DNA of 64,000 nucleotides from Squalus acanthias. Lineage: Eukaryota. The position numbers and the translations under genes were made by a program. The notes beneath the pieces were generated by a model, which did no database searches, had not been told where the DNA came from, and worked only from the letters and a program-made list of their open reading frames with translations. The stretch covers positions 310,001 to 374,000 of the forward strand of contig JASTWF010000070.1 in the NCBI GenBank assembly GCA_030390025.1, read 5' to 3'. Shown piece by piece: positions 60,499-64,000 of this stretch (position 1 is its first letter; each line of letters begins with the position of its first letter).

Positions 60499-63400
60499 GG
60501 CGGTGCGAGTTGGCAGTGGAGTTTGATTTTTGCTCGTGTTTCATGTAATGAAACAGATCATTCGATGTGTGCAATCCGCCTTTTTTGCAATGTAATCGCT
60601 GTAGCAATTTCAGTTTTTGGCAAAATCCGAATGTTTAATAATATCAGAAGTAACTGAAATGATTGTCCAGCTTTGTGAGATGCAACTATCTGTATAACTG
60701 TCCCCAATATCTTGTGTGTAAACTTTCGCTGTGTGTAGAATGGGGACAGATTTCCCTTTAGTCTGTGACCATATTGTGATTGGGAACTTGTGTAACACAG
60801 CTCTTAATAAACATGAAATGCTGCCACGAGCTTAAAGTGGTCCGTCTTTACTCAGCACTTAAAGGGACATTTGAGTGGATTACATAGAATGTACAGCACA
60901 AACAGACCATTCAGCCCAACTGGTTTATGGCGCTGTTTATGCGCCACACGAGCCTCCTGCCATCCTATTTCATCACAGTCCATCAACATATCTTTCTATT
61001 ACTTTGTCCCTCAAGTACTTATCGAGCTTCCCCTTAAATACTTCTCTGCTATTCGAGTCAACTATTGCATATGGTCGTGAGTTCCACATTCTCACCACTC
61101 TCTGGGTATAATAGGTTTCTCCTGAATTCACTACTGGATTTCTTAATTTTAAGGTTATGCCCCATTGTTCTGGACGACCCCCAACGGAGGAGTAATGTCT
61201 CTCCATCTACCCTATTAATTTCTTTCAAAATCCTAAGAACCTCAATCAAATCACCGTTTAACTTTCGACATTCCAGGGATTACAAGCCTGGTTTTGTAAT
61301 CTCTCCTCGTATTGTAAACCTTGGATCCCTGGTAGCATTCTGGTGAATCTGCGCTGAACTCCTTCCAATATATCCTTTCTGAAATGGTGTGTCCAGAACC
61401 TGTACACAGTGCTCAAGATACTGGATTATTGAAGAAGGGTGGGAGAGATAAACTAGGTAATTACCGGCCTGTCAGTTTAACATCAGTTGTGGGGAAGTTA
61501 ATAGAATCTGTCATTAAGGATAGAGTGACTGCACACTGAAGCAAATATGAGCTGATCAGAGGGGGCCAGCATGGCTTTGTTAAAGGTAAATCATATCTGA
61601 CTAATCCAGTTGCATTTCTTGAGGAGGTCACTAATCAGATAGACAAAGGAGTGTCTATGGATGTTATATATATAGACTCCCAGAATGCATTCAATAATGT
61701 TCCACGTTAAAGATTATTGGACAAGTTGAGACCGCATGGAATTGCGTGGAGCCTTTTGATTTGGGTTGGAGTTTGGGTGGAAAGTAACAGACAGAGGGTC
61801 GGGATAAAGAGTAGGTACACAGATTGGCGGGATGTGACAAGTGGTGTTCCCCAGGGATCTGTTCTGGGGCCTCAATCTTTCCACCGTATATATTAATGAG
61901 TTGGATGAAGGAATAGAGAGTTGTGTATCCAAGTTTGCAGGTGGTGTTAAATTAGGAGGCACAGTAACTTATGTAGATGGGAGCAACAATTTGGAAGGGG
62001 ATATGTACAGGCAGTGAGTGGCGTGAAACATGACAGATGTCGCTCAATGTGGGGGAGTGTGAGGTAATCCACTGTGGATCTGCTCCTGTTCCTGTGCTCC
62101 TAGATCAGCAAGTGAGGATTCTGAATATGGTTAATCATACATGTGAAATATCCAGAGAACACTGGACAGAGAATGTCGCCAATGAGCATGTGCAAGGCTG
62201 GTGGGGGAGGCGGGGCTGCGAGTAGCATACGTCAGCACCAACGAGCTTACATATGGGACACAGCTTTAAGGTTTTGGACAAGAAATTCAGGGGGAATGTG
62301 AGGAAAAAGTTTTTTACGCAACGAGTGATGAGGACCTGGAAATCGCTGCCGACGGAATTGGTGGAAGCAGACACACTCTATGTTTTCAATGGGAGACTGG
62401 ATAGGCACTTGAGAGAAATAAACTTGCAGGGCTACGGGGATAGAGCCGGGGAATGGGACTGACTGGATTGCTCTACAGAGAGCCGGCACGGACTTGATGG
62501 GCCGAATGGCCTCCTTCTGTGCCGTTATGGCTCTATATTAACCCTGCGTGTGTACGTAATAGCCACACGTACTATGAACGTGCTGACGTACGAGCACCGT
62601 TCTTATTTTGCATAATTAAATAGATCTGCTTGTGAGTACAGTTGAGGTTATTCTCATAGCACTGTAGGTGCTAAGATTGTATAAGTGTATTGATAAATAA
62701 AGATTATTAATCTCTCTATCTCTTAGGTCCACCATCATATATTAAAGTGACGGATAAGGATTATTCCGACAGCACCCATCACGTGGTTTGAATTCCAAAC
62801 CATAAGCTTGTGTAGATCGGTGGTGAGAGCAGATGTGTCACTTTGGCGGCTTAGCTTCAAAAGCGAAATTGATCCATTGCAGGCCATTCATTAAAGAGCG
62901 CCACGCATGATTCTGAGATTAGATTACGAAAGAGATTGCTAAAACTCAGTCTGGTTCCGTTGTTCTCTCAAGTATTGAAAGGGGACATCATCCAGGTCGG
63001 AAAATCACAGATAATGAGCCCGCGCATCGAGTTTCCCGGTCAATTGAAAAAAGCGAGTCAGGTTACGTCATTTGATGCTGCGTCGGTGTTCTTAAAGGGA
63101 CCATGCGCAAATATACATTGAAATTTGTGCTGTTCGTGTCCTACAGCATTGAGGTGCTGCAAACATTGACAAGCACTTCACAGAGGTGCACGGCTGCACC
63201 CAGGCTCTCCCATGACTCCCTCCAGAGCACGTAGGGAGCTTAATTTCCCTTCCAAAGAGACCTCCCCAGGAGACCAACGCAGCCTGGTTGCACAATGCAC
63301 AGGAGGTCCCAAGCAGGGATATCGTCAAGAAGACCAGGCTTCAGTGGCGCAAACGTTTCAATGATCTCAGTAGAACACGAAACGTTAATGCAAAGCCACT

Positions 63401-64000
63401 CTCAACCTCATCCTGCTGTGCCACTCATCACATCCCCATGACTCTGTTTTTCCTATCCTACTCCTGCATATCCTTACACACAACAACTTACCATGCACCT
63501 CCACCCATCCTCCTCTATCTATATTCTCACTTCCCCATCTCACTAGCCACCCGTCACACTCACCATTATCCCAGTCCAGTCATACCAACTAACAACACAC
63601 AAGTTTAGGAACTTGTGTGTTTTAGCTGATGTTCTTTTGAAGTATCTGCTAATGTGCTGTCAGACATTGAAATCTTTTTTTCCAACACTTTACGTTCTTC
63701 GACAGTTTGGTGTGCACCTTTGAAAGTGGCTTAATGAGTTGCAGTGAATGGTGAAGCATAATCGTAACCCCCACCCCCGCAATTCGGATGAGTGATAAAG
63801 GAATGGCTTGTACATTGTAGGGAGGCTTTATGTTGTTGGTGTGGGGTGGTGCCAACCTGGCTCATCATGTGGCAGCCATATGGGTGTGGAACGTGAAGTG
63901 AAGTAAATCTGGCCACAGTGAGGACATCCCTGGTGTCCCGGGCAGCAATGTGGTCGGGTGCTGATGCCCTCTGTCCTGTGCAGCACCAGGTGATTGTGCA

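Larger units (their letters stand above)
51860..64000 (+). repeat. Segmental duplication of the IgL cassette
   Basis: ~51860-60900 is colinear with ~11400-19000; ~59500-64000 is colinear with 1-8955 once the Gypsy element is removed. Confidence 0.9.

Overview
Eukaryotic, repeat-rich DNA from a cartilaginous fish. The evidence is shark type I/NS5 ('sigma-cart') Ig light-chain sequence, HE1-type V-SINE, Deu-domain SINEs and CR1/L2 LINEs; the species cannot be fixed from the sequence. The window holds three tandem + strand Ig light-chain cassettes: a C exon only at 677-1005, and complete germline-joined L-VJ-C genes at 14457-18635 and 56570-60498, each with an octamer promoter. Between the second and third cassettes lies a cluster of non-rearranging antigen-receptor-like membrane genes (leader / pre-joined VJ / ~90-bp intron / C1-set with an unusual CxC / Cys-TM / tyrosine-motif tail). 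The cluster comprises an apparently intact 6-exon gene (+, 25323-30883, ~301 aa, TLYAHL tail), a convergent 7-exon paralog with one 1-nt frameshift (-, 44135-36020, ITIM ILYASL) and at least two decayed relics. A young Gypsy LTR retrotransposon (1828-6297, -) has 195-bp LTRs, a TAAAC target-site duplication, an empty paralogous site at 61315 and an apparent self-priming PBS. All gene models were spliced and translated by eye; no database searches were run.
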